Below are positions 16,339 to 26,049 of a DNA stretch of 64,000 nucleotides, piece after piece. Source of the DNA: Candidatus Poribacteria bacterium. GTDB taxonomy: Bacteria > Poribacteria > WGA-4E > PCPOR2b. The notes below the pieces were generated by a model. The model saw nothing but the letters and a program-made list of their open reading frames with translations, searched no databases and was not told the DNA's origin. The stretch spans positions 2,304,001 to 2,368,000 of the forward strand of contig OZ244042.1 of the NCBI GenBank assembly GCA_965215015.1, read 5' to 3'. The number at the start of each line of letters is the position of its first letter. Position 1 is the first letter of the stretch. The position numbers were made by a program, and so were the translations under genes.

Positions 16339-17421
16339 TTATCGTTTCTGCTTAATCGCTCCCCATCTTGTTGCTAACTTGTCTTGAGGATCGACCGAAA
16401 AGCCGGCGGGGAAGGGCCAACCGTCAGGGGTATATACCTCTACTTCTCTGCGTGGACCGTTGTGATGTCCCCCAATAGCGTAAATCTTCCCATCCACAAC
16501 GCTTGTCGCTAAGGTGCCCCGGCCAGTTGGCATCTGATCGTTTAGCCTTTGCCACCTATTCTTTTCGACATCATATTCCAATACCGTCCAATGAAGAACC
16601 CAGCCTTGGAACTTGGGGCCATCTTTTTCTCTTCCATCGATAGTCTTCCCACCGATGATATACGTCTTCCCACTGTTGACAAAACTGGCTGCCATGTCGA
16701 AAAATGCAATCGGCATATCGGCTTTCTTGGTCCAAGTATCTGTCTTCGGGTCGTACTCCTCGGTCAGGTCGGTATACTTTTGATGGGTGTTATCCACAGC
16801 ACCGCCAAAGATATAAATCTTACTTTTAACCACCACGGCCGGCATCCCCCATCTCGGATTGGGCATGTCTGCTTTCTTTTCCCACGTATCCGTTACAGGA
16901 TCATAGACCTCGACAACAGGGCTTGGAAAGAAGAAAGATTCCGCGCCGCCAATAGTATAAATTTTTCCACCCACCGCGGCGGTGGCGAATCCCATTCTTG
17001 CCGTTGGCATCGCCGCCTTAGCAGTCCATGTGTCCGTTTTAGGATCATACTCATCAACATTGGGAAGGGCTTCAAAGTTATTCGCTGTGCCACCAAAGGC
17101 GTAAATCTTACCTCTCACCGTGGCGGTGCCGAGCCGAAATCTGCCCTGTGACAATTTCTTCTTATCCACCCAGTCATCCTTTACGGGGTCATATTCTTTC
17201 ACAACTTTGCCCGGATTTTCCAAATCATCTTGGCCTCCAATGGTATAAATCTTTCCATTCAGCACTTCGGTGCCTAACCCCCATAACCCGCCGGAAAGGG
17301 CACCGATTTTCGGCATATCCGCTTTCTCTTCCCACTCTCCCGCAAAGCTGATTGTCGAGAAACCGAACATCCCGCACACTATCCAGCCTGTTAGGAGGTA
17401 ACGTAATCTCTGATATTTCAT
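16339..17421 (-). CDS. Secreted Kelch-repeat beta-propeller (paralog 1, subfamily B)
   Basis: ATG at 17421 after GGAG; tail GWPFPAGFSVDPQDKLATRWGAIK. Confidence 0.9.
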   Translation of the reverse strand: MKYQRLRYLLTGWIVCGMFGFSTISFAGEWEEKADMPKIGALSGGLWGLGTEVLNGKIYTIGGQDDLENPGKVVKEYDPVKDDWVDKKKLSQGRFRLGTATVRGKIYAFGGTANNFEALPNVDEYDPKTDTWTAKAAMPTARMGFATAAVGGKIYTIGGAESFFFPSPVVEVYDPVTDTWEKKADMPNPRWGMPAVVVKSKIYIFGGAVDNTHQKYTDLTEEYDPKTDTWTKKADMPIAFFDMAASFVNSGKTYIIGGKTIDGREKDGPKFQGWVLHWTVLEYDVEKNRWQRLNDQMPTGRGTLATSVVDGKIYAIGGHHNGPRREVEVYTPDGWPFPAGFSVDPQDKLATRWGAIKQKR

Positions 17422-17612
17422 AATGTACATCTCCATCCGCTTACTGCCTCCGTGAATTCTCACACACTTAGTCCCTAGCTTGTCGTAGGGAAAAATAGCA
17501 AATTTCTCAGGGAATGGTCAATCCACTTCCACTACTAGTGTGGGCGAACAACAACCATCTTCCCAACCCCGGTTACAGTATCCACCCATGTTTTGTCAAA
17601 AAAATCAAAATC

Positions 17613-17641
17613 ATTCTATCAGACATTGTTATTTTTGTCAA
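17613..17641 (-). promoter_or_regulatory. Sigma70 promoter for the Kelch cluster
   Basis: TTGACA-N17-TAGAAT with an extended TGn on the minus strand. Confidence 0.7.
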
Positions 17642-18036
17642 GTTAAAATCTCCCCCTAAATAGGGACATTTAATTCTCTTGAGGAGGGACTTCCGAATCC
17701 CGACGCTTGGTTCATCGGTTGATTACCCCCTTAACCCCAAATCCCCACACGGTATCAGCCCCCTAAGGACCCTCACCCCCCGCAAGCAGGGGGCAATCGG
17801 CTCAATGCACCTGACTCCCTCCACTTGTGGGGGGTGAGGGGAGGCTTAAGCGTTTTGCCCCTTCCGCTTTCGTCCTTCCCCCTCCGCTTACAAATTCCCC
17901 CCTGCTTGCGGGGGGGTTAGGGGGGAGGATTCTTTTTCAACTGTTCAAAGGGATTGATTTATAACTTGGTTTATGCTAAACTTAGGTTTGCAATCGAAAA
18001 ATATCCACATCACGAGATAGAGGATGGATCTGATCC

Positions 18037-18663
18037 ATGTTTGAAGCAAAGCTAAGATCAAAAATCAGTGCGATGCTCTCACCCATCGCACGGAAAATTG
18101 TATCGATCGGCATCACTGCGAATATGGTCACGATGTTTGGTTTGCTAGTTAATTTGGTGGCTGCCTGCTGTTTAGCGACAGAACGGTTGATAGCGGCAGG
18201 GGTATTGATTTTATTCGGGGCGAGTTTTGATATGATAGATGGTGCGGTTGCGCGTGCGAGAACGTTGACCAATTCTTCGGGAGCACTGCTGGACTCGGTG
18301 ATTGATCGGTATTCGGAGGCGGTGATATTCCTTGGTGCCCTTATCTATTTTCATCATTTACAGAACTTCTTCGGGGTGGTATTGGTTTTTGCAGCGGTGA
18401 TTGGATCGATACTTGTCAGCTACGTGCGTGCCAAAGCGGAGGGGCTTCAAATTGAGTGTAAGGTCGGACTGATGCAACGACCCGAACGGATTATTTTATT
18501 AGCGTTGGGGGTTATAGGGCAAGGGATAATCCCAGACCAATATACCTTTTTGCAATCAAAGGGAATTATCCTCTTCGGCGTATTTGCAATTCTTGCTGTC
18601 ACCGCACATATCACCGCTATCCATCGACTCGTCTTCTCTTTTTACAAACTGAGTGATCATTGA
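18037..18663 (+). CDS. CDP-alcohol phosphatidyltransferase
   Basis: Signature DMIDGAVAR...GALLDSVIDRYSE. Confidence 0.9.
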   Translation: MFEAKLRSKISAMLSPIARKIVSIGITANMVTMFGLLVNLVAACCLATERLIAAGVLILFGASFDMIDGAVARARTLTNSSGALLDSVIDRYSEAVIFLGALIYFHHLQNFFGVVLVFAAVIGSILVSYVRAKAEGLQIECKVGLMQRPERIILLALGVIGQGIIPDQYTFLQSKGIILFGVFAILAVTAHITAIHRLVFSFYKLSDH

Positions 18664-18710
18664 GTTGATAGAGATATGATACCTCTATGGGTGTTGCCAC
18701 CCCACACCGA

Positions 18711-19388
18711 TCACATCACCTCCGGCTGTCGCTTGCGGATCAAGTTCGGGAGCAGCGATACCAAAACGATAAAGATACCGGCACCAGCGAGGTAGATTAA
18801 CGTTTTCTTGATATCCCCTTCGCCAAGGTTCACCGCGGCACCCAACTGGACATACGCGGCGGTGCCGGGCAGCATACAGACCCATGAAACGAAAAAGTAA
18901 GTTGAAAACCTTATCTTCGTGAGTCCATAAGCGTAGTTCTGCAGGTTGAATGGAAAAAGCGGGATGAGCCGGGTAATCATCAGCATCCGCCAGCCCTGCC
19001 GTTGCACCCCCTCATCTATCCGTCGAAACTGCGCGTTACCTTGCACCCATCCCTCTACCATACCACGAGCGACGTAACGCGCAATCAGAAAGGCACACGA
19101 AACGCCAATGACTGCCCCGATGGAGGCGTAGACAACCCCCCAGATGGGACCGAAGGCAAGTCCAGAGAGCATTGTGACCGGCAAACCGGGCAGAAAGAAA
19201 ACGGTCGCAACAATGTAAAAACTGATGTACACCAAAGGGGCAATGACGCCGTAGCTGTCGATTTTCTCTTTGATCTTGGGGATATTGTCGCGCTTGAGAT
19301 AGTCTGTCACGCCGTAATGACTTAATAGGCTATACACACCAACAATAATAATGATAGCAATGGTAATCTTCACAAGGTTCCGCTTCAT
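18711..19388 (-). CDS. TVP38/TMEM64 (DedA/SNARE-associated) membrane protein
   Basis: FLPGLPVTMLSGLAFG, RLIPLFPFNLQNYAYG. Confidence 0.9.
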   Translation of the reverse strand: MKRNLVKITIAIIIIVGVYSLLSHYGVTDYLKRDNIPKIKEKIDSYGVIAPLVYISFYIVATVFFLPGLPVTMLSGLAFGPIWGVVYASIGAVIGVSCAFLIARYVARGMVEGWVQGNAQFRRIDEGVQRQGWRMLMITRLIPLFPFNLQNYAYGLTKIRFSTYFFVSWVCMLPGTAAYVQLGAAVNLGEGDIKKTLIYLAGAGIFIVLVSLLPNLIRKRQPEVM

Positions 19389-19611
19389 AGTGTTTTAATC
19401 TCTTCTTAAGTAGTTGTTTTAGTGGTTGTTAAATCTAACGCACGTTGCTAGATTCTGTTGACATTTGACAGGGGCGTAGGTTGGATTGACCAGGAACTGT
19501 GAAACCCAACATCATACCCAAAATTCCAACGATTCAACACAGCGGGGTTTATTCGTAGGGAACGCAAATCTGTTTTCAGTTTATTCCTTGCGCTAAATAC
19601 GGAGATACAAC

Positions 19612-20739
19612 ATGTCCAAAACCTACAGTGCAGCCGTCATCGGCTCGACCGGCAAGGGAGGCTATGGGCATCGCCTAGATACTGCATTCGATATTGCTGA
19701 CGTCGAACTCGTCGCTATCGCTGACCATGACCCCGAAGGGCTTGCCGATGCCGGCAAACGGTTGGGGGTTTCCCGACTCTACCCCGACTACCGGCAAATG
19801 CTTAAGACCGAAAAACCTGACTTCGTCAGTATCGCGCCGAGCTGGATCACGGAGCGTGTGCCGATGATTGAAGCCGCGACAGCGGCGGGGTGCCACATCT
19901 ATTGTGAAAAACCTGTCGCAGGTAGTCTCACCGAGGTGGATGCAATCGTTGCTGCGTGCCAAAGTGCACGGGTGAAGATGGCGGTTGCCCATCAGTGGCG
20001 TGCAATGCGTCCGATTCAGAAGATAATCACAGAAGTGAAAGCCGGGAAGTTCGGAAAATTACTTCGCATCCGCACCCGTCCGAAAGACGACAGCCGAGGC
20101 GGTGGGGAAGAATTGCTCCTACACGGGACACATCTGTTCGATCTCATGATGGCTTTTGCCGGTGAACCGCGCTGGGTGAGCGGACATGTCACCCTCAGCG
20201 ACCGAGAGGCCACAACGGACGATACAGGACAGGGTACTGCTCCTGTCGGTCCTATCATCGGCGATTCCATCTCGGCGGTGTTCGGCTTTGATAACGGGCT
20301 CCGAGGGTTCTTCGACTCCACCGCTGGTTTGGCTATTCCCGGCGAATCAAATTTTGATAACCTCTACGGGTTGTCTCTTGAATGCGAGCGGGCAGCATTG
20401 GAACTCCGCGAACCGGGCGATGTCTACATCTATCCAGCACCGCGGGTATTGCCTGACCTTCAAGAGCTCGCTTGGGAACGGATTTGGATGCCAGAATGGC
20501 ATGAGCTTCCCGAACATGCACCGCCGCTGCTACGGAAGAACTGGCTGTCTATAGGAAACAAAACCCTTGCTCGGGACCTAATCGATGCCGCCGCGAACGA
20601 CCGCGAACCGCTATCGAGTATCTCGGCAGTCCGCTTCGTAAATGAAATGGTTCAGGGAGTTTACAGCTCACACCTACTCGCCGGTAGTCGAATCACCATT
20701 CCTCTGACTGAACGCGCCCATCCACTCGGTGAATCCTAG
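19612..20739 (+). CDS. Gfo/Idh/MocA family oxidoreductase
   Basis: N-terminal Rossmann fold, HIYCEKP, GGEELLLHGTHLFD. Confidence 0.9.
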   Translation: MSKTYSAAVIGSTGKGGYGHRLDTAFDIADVELVAIADHDPEGLADAGKRLGVSRLYPDYRQMLKTEKPDFVSIAPSWITERVPMIEAATAAGCHIYCEKPVAGSLTEVDAIVAACQSARVKMAVAHQWRAMRPIQKIITEVKAGKFGKLLRIRTRPKDDSRGGGEELLLHGTHLFDLMMAFAGEPRWVSGHVTLSDREATTDDTGQGTAPVGPIIGDSISAVFGFDNGLRGFFDSTAGLAIPGESNFDNLYGLSLECERAALELREPGDVYIYPAPRVLPDLQELAWERIWMPEWHELPEHAPPLLRKNWLSIGNKTLARDLIDAAANDREPLSSISAVRFVNEMVQGVYSSHLLAGSRITIPLTERAHPLGES

Positions 20740-20759
20740 GTGAATCCTAAAAGAAGAGC

Positions 20760-21857
20760 CTATCCCGCCCCTCTATTTTTAGTGAACCCTTCGGCACAGA
20801 CAATTAGTAGGATCAGTACGCCTTGGATAATCAGAAATAGCTCCCCCGGTACGTTCGTTAAAATCTCGATATCTAGTGCGCCTTTGTTCAATGCTCCGAA
20901 CAGGAGCGCAGCAAACAGGATGCCATAGGGATGGTTCCTCCCAAGCAATGCAACCGCAATACCGGTGAACCCGAAACCAGGGGAAAAGTTGTCGAGAAAA
21001 CGATAGCGATACCCCATCACCTCCCAAACCCCGGCAAAACCCGCAACCGCCCCGCTCAACGCCATCGTCCAGACCGTCACACGGCGCGCATCAATCCCCC
21101 CGTAAGTCGCGACCTCTGCAGCATTACCGACAAACCGAATCTCATATCCCCATTTGGTCCGTGTCAATAAAAACTGGGTCAGTCCAATCAGTCCAAGCGC
21201 AATGAACAGCGTGACGTTTAAGGGGTTACTCGGCAGAAACGCTGAGATGAAAGCCGCTAAACGTGGTAAACGCGCTGCTTCATGAATCAGGGGGGTGTGT
21301 GGCGTCATCTGATCCGGTGCTTTATAGACCCCCGTGACAAGGTAATTCGTCAACGCAATTGCGATGAAGTTCAGCATGATAGTGTTGATGACCTCATGCA
21401 CACCGTAACGCGCTTTGAGTATCCCCGGTATAGTGCCCCACAGGCCCCCTGCGAGGGCTGCGGAAACCAAACAGGCAGGTATGATAACCCAGCCACCGCC
21501 CCATTTCAGGTGAAACCCTACCCATGCCGCGGCGAATCCTGCGAGGTAGAGTTGTCCTTCACAGCCTATATTGAAAAGGCCTCCCTTAAACCCAAGCATA
21601 ACCGCAAGGCCGGTAAAGATCAAGGGAGTTGCGTTAAATAGAACGTAACCAAAATCGTCAAGACTGCCGAACACGCTCTGCCATAAGAGTCCGTAAACTT
21701 CAAATGGCCGCTCACCGAGAAACAGGACGAAAATGCCGCCGAGCAGGAATACAGCACACAGGGCAAGAATAGTGGGTAGCAGGCGAGGCGACGCATCGCC
21801 TGTAAAATGTGAAAGGTGAGACGTTAGACGCGATACGTAATTTGTAAGTTTGCTCAT
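20760..21857 (-). CDS. ABC transporter permease (nucleoside/CUT2 type)
   Basis: GLFNIGCEGQ, HEVINTIMLNFIA, GFTGIAVALLGRNHPYG; likely start at 21857. Confidence 0.85.
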   Translation of the reverse strand: MSKLTNYVSRLTSHLSHFTGDASPRLLPTILALCAVFLLGGIFVLFLGERPFEVYGLLWQSVFGSLDDFGYVLFNATPLIFTGLAVMLGFKGGLFNIGCEGQLYLAGFAAAWVGFHLKWGGGWVIIPACLVSAALAGGLWGTIPGILKARYGVHEVINTIMLNFIAIALTNYLVTGVYKAPDQMTPHTPLIHEAARLPRLAAFISAFLPSNPLNVTLFIALGLIGLTQFLLTRTKWGYEIRFVGNAAEVATYGGIDARRVTVWTMALSGAVAGFAGVWEVMGYRYRFLDNFSPGFGFTGIAVALLGRNHPYGILFAALLFGALNKGALDIEILTNVPGELFLIIQGVLILLIVCAEGFTKNRGAG

Positions 21858-21883
21858 TCTCCGTTCCGCGAGTCTCCAACCTG

Positions 21884-23023
21884 TTACTTTGATAACACCG
21901 CTAACAAGCGTGCCACATCCGCGCTCCCATTGTAGAGATGGGTTGAAATCCGCATCCGACCGAATTCGCCCCAACACAATATACCTAGCTCAGCTAACCG
22001 CACCTGCATAGGGTGTGCACCTTCGACGAGAAAGCAGGTGTTCCCCGATCGTGCCGATCGGGTCCGTGGACTGATAACCGTAAACCCCAATTTTTCCAAT
22101 CCAGCACTCACCAATTCAGACAGCGTGCGCGCGTGGTCGGAGATTCGCGCGATTCCAATCGAGAGCAGAACCTCCAATGCCCGGTCCAGGTGCATTATCA
22201 CCAGCATCGATGGATTACCCGGTTCCAGACGTTCAGGCATCGGCTGCTCCTCGACTTCCGGGGCACGTTCCGCCTCTTGGGGAGGCCATACCACTAGGTT
22301 ATGCCAGCCGAAAGAGGTTGCTGCAATCTGTCCCTCCGCCTGATCGCTCAAGTACATAGGGGCCACGCCATGGGTGGCTAGCAACCACTTGTAGCTGCTG
22401 CTCACCGTCAAATCGGTCAGCTTCGCGGGGACATCAACAACCCCCGCAGCATGGGTCGCATCCACCGCAAAAAGTGTGTTTCTCCATCGGATCCCGTCCG
22501 AGAGCTGTTCTAGGTTCAGACACTGCCCTGTATAAAAACTGACATGGCTCACCGCCAAGACCCGCGTCCGTTCATCCACTGCATCCAGCAAATCTGTCTC
22601 GTGCACAAGCCAGTTCCGATGGGGCACCAGTCGCACGTCTACCCCCCGTGCACGAAGATCTTTCCAAGCGTAGGCGACCGAGGGAAATTCCAAATTGGTC
22701 GTTACTACATTATCACCCTCCCGCCAATCCAGACCGCGGGCCAGCCAACTCATCCCCTCTGCCGCCGATGGCATAAATGCAATCCGATCCGACGGCACAC
22801 GCCACAGTTCTCCCATCCGGCTTCTACAGCGTTCTCCATGTGCATAGATTTCCTCTCGTCCATTGTGGCCCCCGCTCTTTAAACTGGCAAATTCCAGATA
22901 CACCGCTTCTTGTGCCTTCAGCCAAGGTGCCTCGCCCCCTGTACAGAGATGCGTTACGCCTTCTAGTCCCACAAATTGATCGGGAGAGATAAGCGGTTCG
23001 ATATGTATGTCCGAATAATTCAT
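21884..23023 (-). CDS. Aminotransferase class V / cysteine desulfurase-like PLP enzyme
   Basis: EFPSVAY, VSHVSFYTG, VDATHAAG, SSYKWL (PLP lysine), RISTHLYN. Confidence 0.85.
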   Translation of the reverse strand: MNYSDIHIEPLISPDQFVGLEGVTHLCTGGEAPWLKAQEAVYLEFASLKSGGHNGREEIYAHGERCRSRMGELWRVPSDRIAFMPSAAEGMSWLARGLDWREGDNVVTTNLEFPSVAYAWKDLRARGVDVRLVPHRNWLVHETDLLDAVDERTRVLAVSHVSFYTGQCLNLEQLSDGIRWRNTLFAVDATHAAGVVDVPAKLTDLTVSSSYKWLLATHGVAPMYLSDQAEGQIAATSFGWHNLVVWPPQEAERAPEVEEQPMPERLEPGNPSMLVIMHLDRALEVLLSIGIARISDHARTLSELVSAGLEKLGFTVISPRTRSARSGNTCFLVEGAHPMQVRLAELGILCWGEFGRMRISTHLYNGSADVARLLAVLSK

Positions 23024-23506
23024 GTCCACCCCCTTTGCGTTTCGCAGCGTTCTCGGATATGGATATATCAACGTTGGGATTATAGCAATAGTTCACTAGG
23101 AATACAACGCAAAAGTTCAACGGGACGGCCTCCGTTCTTCCGAAATCCAGCACTTTAGCGTTGAGGGAATTTTGGGATTCTGCTAAAATAGCGAGGCCCA
23201 TGCCAAAAGAAAGTGCAAGGCACGAAGTGGGAGGGGCAATCGGGTCTCCCCCCGCTTGCGGGGGCTCATACCGTGTAGGTATTCGAGATTAGAGAGGGGA
23301 TGACACGCGAAGCGTGCCGCCTACTTTGGGATTCACTTTGGCTCAACCAAGAATGAACATCGCGCGCCCTTTTCTAGTCTTGGCTTGGAGGGTTTAACTG
23401 CGTAAATCCTAACACAATCAAAAAGAGTTGAAAATTCTTACCATCTCTCTGAAAGTCCTAAAACTTCGGGAGGTAAGCCATCTAAAAAGTGAAAGGGATA
23501 CCTGAC

Positions 23507-24430
23507 ATGCAATCCTTCTCTATTGAAAGCGATGCGATATCGCTTCCGCGAGGAGCGTGGGCAAAAGCACATCGGTTGAATGTGAGCTGGCGTGGGAGAC
23601 CCATTGCCGCGCTGAGTCAAGGCGAATATCGTGCCTATCTGTTCCCCGTATATACCCCGGCGGGTTTCGCCGTAACCGCCGAGAGCCCGATAGACCACCC
23701 GCACCACAATTCGCTCTGGATCGGGGCTGATCATTTCCATTGCCACTTGCCCTTTTCGACCAACGCCTATGAGGAAGCCACCTATAACTTCTATGTCAAC
23801 GATACCTTTCAGGGACGGGCACCGGGATACATCATCAGCGTATCGGTGGAAGAGATGGAGGTATCAGAAAACCATCTCCGACTCATACAAACGCTTAACT
23901 GGCAAGGCCCGTCCGAATGGGGGGCACCTCAAGGGCGTATCCTCGCGGTCGAAACCCGCACCATCGATCTCTATCCTGGCGAAACGGCGAACCTAATTGA
24001 CCTCCGCTCGCAGTTGAGCCCCACCGATTGGGATATCAACATTGGACCCACACGCCACGCCTATTTTGGCGTTCGTATGGTCGAATCCCTACGTGCCACG
24101 GCCGGCGCAACCCTTATCGATTCTGCCAATCGCTCCGGCGGCGCAGGGATAAGCGGCGGAGACGCCGATTGGGTAGACTGTTCGGGACAACTTGCTGCGG
24201 ACAGGGCCGCAGGTGTGGCGGTATTTCGATACCCTTCTACGGTTAATGCGTCGTGGTATATCGCTGATTGGGGAACACTGGCGGTGAATCCGTTTGCACG
24301 AGCGGGACGAATGATAAGAAGTGGCGAGGTACTCGACTTGGGGGTGCGGGTCGTTGTTCACGATGGGGACGCACAAACGGCGGGGGTTGAGGGGTTATAT
24401 CAACATTTTATCCAAGAGGTGCGGCACTAA
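23507..24430 (+). CDS. DUF6807 / PmoA-family (PF14100-like) putative carbohydrate-binding protein
   Basis: YLFPVYTPAG, DHPHHNSLW, FGVRM, WVDCSG. Confidence 0.7.
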   Translation: MQSFSIESDAISLPRGAWAKAHRLNVSWRGRPIAALSQGEYRAYLFPVYTPAGFAVTAESPIDHPHHNSLWIGADHFHCHLPFSTNAYEEATYNFYVNDTFQGRAPGYIISVSVEEMEVSENHLRLIQTLNWQGPSEWGAPQGRILAVETRTIDLYPGETANLIDLRSQLSPTDWDINIGPTRHAYFGVRMVESLRATAGATLIDSANRSGGAGISGGDADWVDCSGQLAADRAAGVAVFRYPSTVNASWYIADWGTLAVNPFARAGRMIRSGEVLDLGVRVVVHDGDAQTAGVEGLYQHFIQEVRH

Positions 24431-24540
24431 AGTGGCTGAAATGCGAGCGGCGACGCAGCCTGCTTTTTTTGTTGACGCATTGGCATATTTTTGACTACAA
24501 TCTTTGGGTAGTTCTTTTTTATATTCGCAGTTATCATCTT

Positions 24541-24677
24541 AGGGCTTACGCAGTTGAACGCTCAAAGCCAACTCCCCTGCGCCCTTATCAGGAGGGAAAT
24601 TCGACAATTCATCGCCGATGGACATGCCTCTTGCCGCCCGAGGGTCAGGCAACTACAATCTGAAGGACGTAAGTCCT
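24541..24677. mobile_element. MITE-like element with AGG(G/A)CTTACGCA-type terminal inverted repeats
   Basis: AGGGCTTACGCAG ... CGTAAGTCCT. Relatives lie at ~23335-23410, ~25559-25751 and 62786-63091. Confidence 0.6.
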
Positions 24678-24744
24678 GCATCTAATTCTTTACATCGAAC
24701 TAACGTTACCTAAATGTTTATCAACCTCTAGGAGGACATTGATT

Positions 24745-25476
24745 ATGGCAGCAAACGGACCTGTACCGAAAACCCGTTCCGAAGGTCGCGGCCCCACAAT
24801 CTGGCTCGCTGGTACTCCCGAAGAGTTGGAGCCATGGATGCCGCTGGGCATTGCCGGAATTGTCACCAATACTGTCGTGCTTAATCAGTACGCTAAACAA
24901 TACGGTTCAGTCATCAACCTGATTGAGAGATATCTTGATATGACCGACAAACCTGTGGTCATGGAAATCGATGGGCACACGGTCGAGGAATTGCTTGCGG
25001 TTGGGAAGGTGTTCACTGACCTGTCGGATCAAATTATCCTGAAAATTCCCTGCACGGTGAACGGGCTCAAAGCCTTTAGCATCCTCAAAGAAGAGGGGGT
25101 CGAGACCTTCTGCACAACGGTTTTCTCCCTAACCCAAGCCGCCGCCGTTGCCCAAGCCGGGGTCGATCACATCCTGCCGTTCTGTGATCCGGTCAAGGCG
25201 GTGGGCGGGGATCCAACCCAACTGATACGTGAATGTGTGCAGATGTTCAGTGGCTGGGAACAGCGCCCCTTTATCATGGCGGCACTCATCCGCTCGGTGG
25301 AGACAGCCCATGCTGCCTTCCGTGATGGTGCCGATGAACTGGTCACCATGTGGACGGTCTACCGCGACATGATGGACCATCCTCTTACTGATCAATGGAA
25401 CCAAACCTTCATGGATGAGTGGGTCGATATGCACGAGAATGGGTTGTTGGAAGGTGTGCCGGTCACACTCGATTGA
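24745..25476 (+). CDS. Transaldolase / fructose-6-phosphate aldolase family protein (divergent)
   Basis: GIVTNT, ILKIP (Schiff-base lysine), TTVFSLTQA, AALIRS. Confidence 0.75.
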   Translation: MAANGPVPKTRSEGRGPTIWLAGTPEELEPWMPLGIAGIVTNTVVLNQYAKQYGSVINLIERYLDMTDKPVVMEIDGHTVEELLAVGKVFTDLSDQIILKIPCTVNGLKAFSILKEEGVETFCTTVFSLTQAAAVAQAGVDHILPFCDPVKAVGGDPTQLIRECVQMFSGWEQRPFIMAALIRSVETAHAAFRDGADELVTMWTVYRDMMDHPLTDQWNQTFMDEWVDMHENGLLEGVPVTLD

Positions 25477-25558
25477 AGCTGAACCTTCAATTCTGTGTGC
25501 ACCCCTTCATTACCATCGGCGATTAGCGAATCTTGCTGGCAAGACCCCTTCAAATACC

Positions 25559-25751
25559 CGGAATATCACGCAACTGTATAAGGTAAATTGAAAACCCCCG
25601 GACCCTCGCCCAATGTTCCGAGCGGATTGCGTCAATCGTGGGGCGCAACTGCGTCTGGTATTCTCTTGCGCTAGAGTCCGAGCTCAACCAAGGATAAACA
25701 TTGTGCGCCCTTTTCTGGTGTTGGCTTGGAGGGTTCAACTGTATAAGTCCT
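25559..25751. mobile_element. MITE-like element (same family as 24541 and 62786)
   Basis: Right part CCCTTTTCTGGTGTTGGCTTGGAGGGTTCAACTGTATAAGTCCT matches ~23367-23410 and the reverse complement of ~62786-62830. Confidence 0.55.
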
Positions 25752-25767
25752 ACCTGAGAAAGTAAGC

Positions 25768-26035
25768 CTAACGCTGTTGAGCTTCCATATACGCCCGCAA
25801 GACTGCGTTCATACGTGTCTGATAGCCGCTCCCATGGGATTTGAACCACTCTAAAACGTCACTATCCACGCGCAAGGATACGGCGCGTTTCGATTGTGGC
25901 GTCGCGGCTTCAACATTTGCCCAAAATGTCTCATCCGTTGGGTGGGGTCCCCACCTGATGCAGCTGCCTCTTCAATCTGGGACTCAGTCATATTTTTGAC
26001 GCGCTTCCAATCTGTCTGTGAATTCTTCGGGGGGT
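25768..26035 (-). pseudogene. brnA: BrnA antitoxin, frameshifted
   Basis: SQTDWKRVKNMTESQI, a frameshift, then TDETFWANV...VSLRVDSDVLEWFKSHGSGYQTRMNAVLRAYM*. Confidence 0.75.
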
Positions 26036-26049
26036 ATTTGGGGTATTTA

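Noticed and set aside
10942-17421. Diversity-generating retroelement acting on the Kelch genes
   Set aside because: No reverse transcriptase, and no TR/VR pair with adenine-specific differences was seen.
20760-21857. Lone ABC permease as a novel stand-alone transporter
   Set aside because: It is an ordinary nucleoside-type permease; its partners are probably encoded elsewhere in the genome.
23507-24430. Particulate methane monooxygenase subunit
   Set aside because: It is a soluble protein of the misleadingly named PmoA-like/DUF6807 family, with no TM helices and no pmoB/pmoC.
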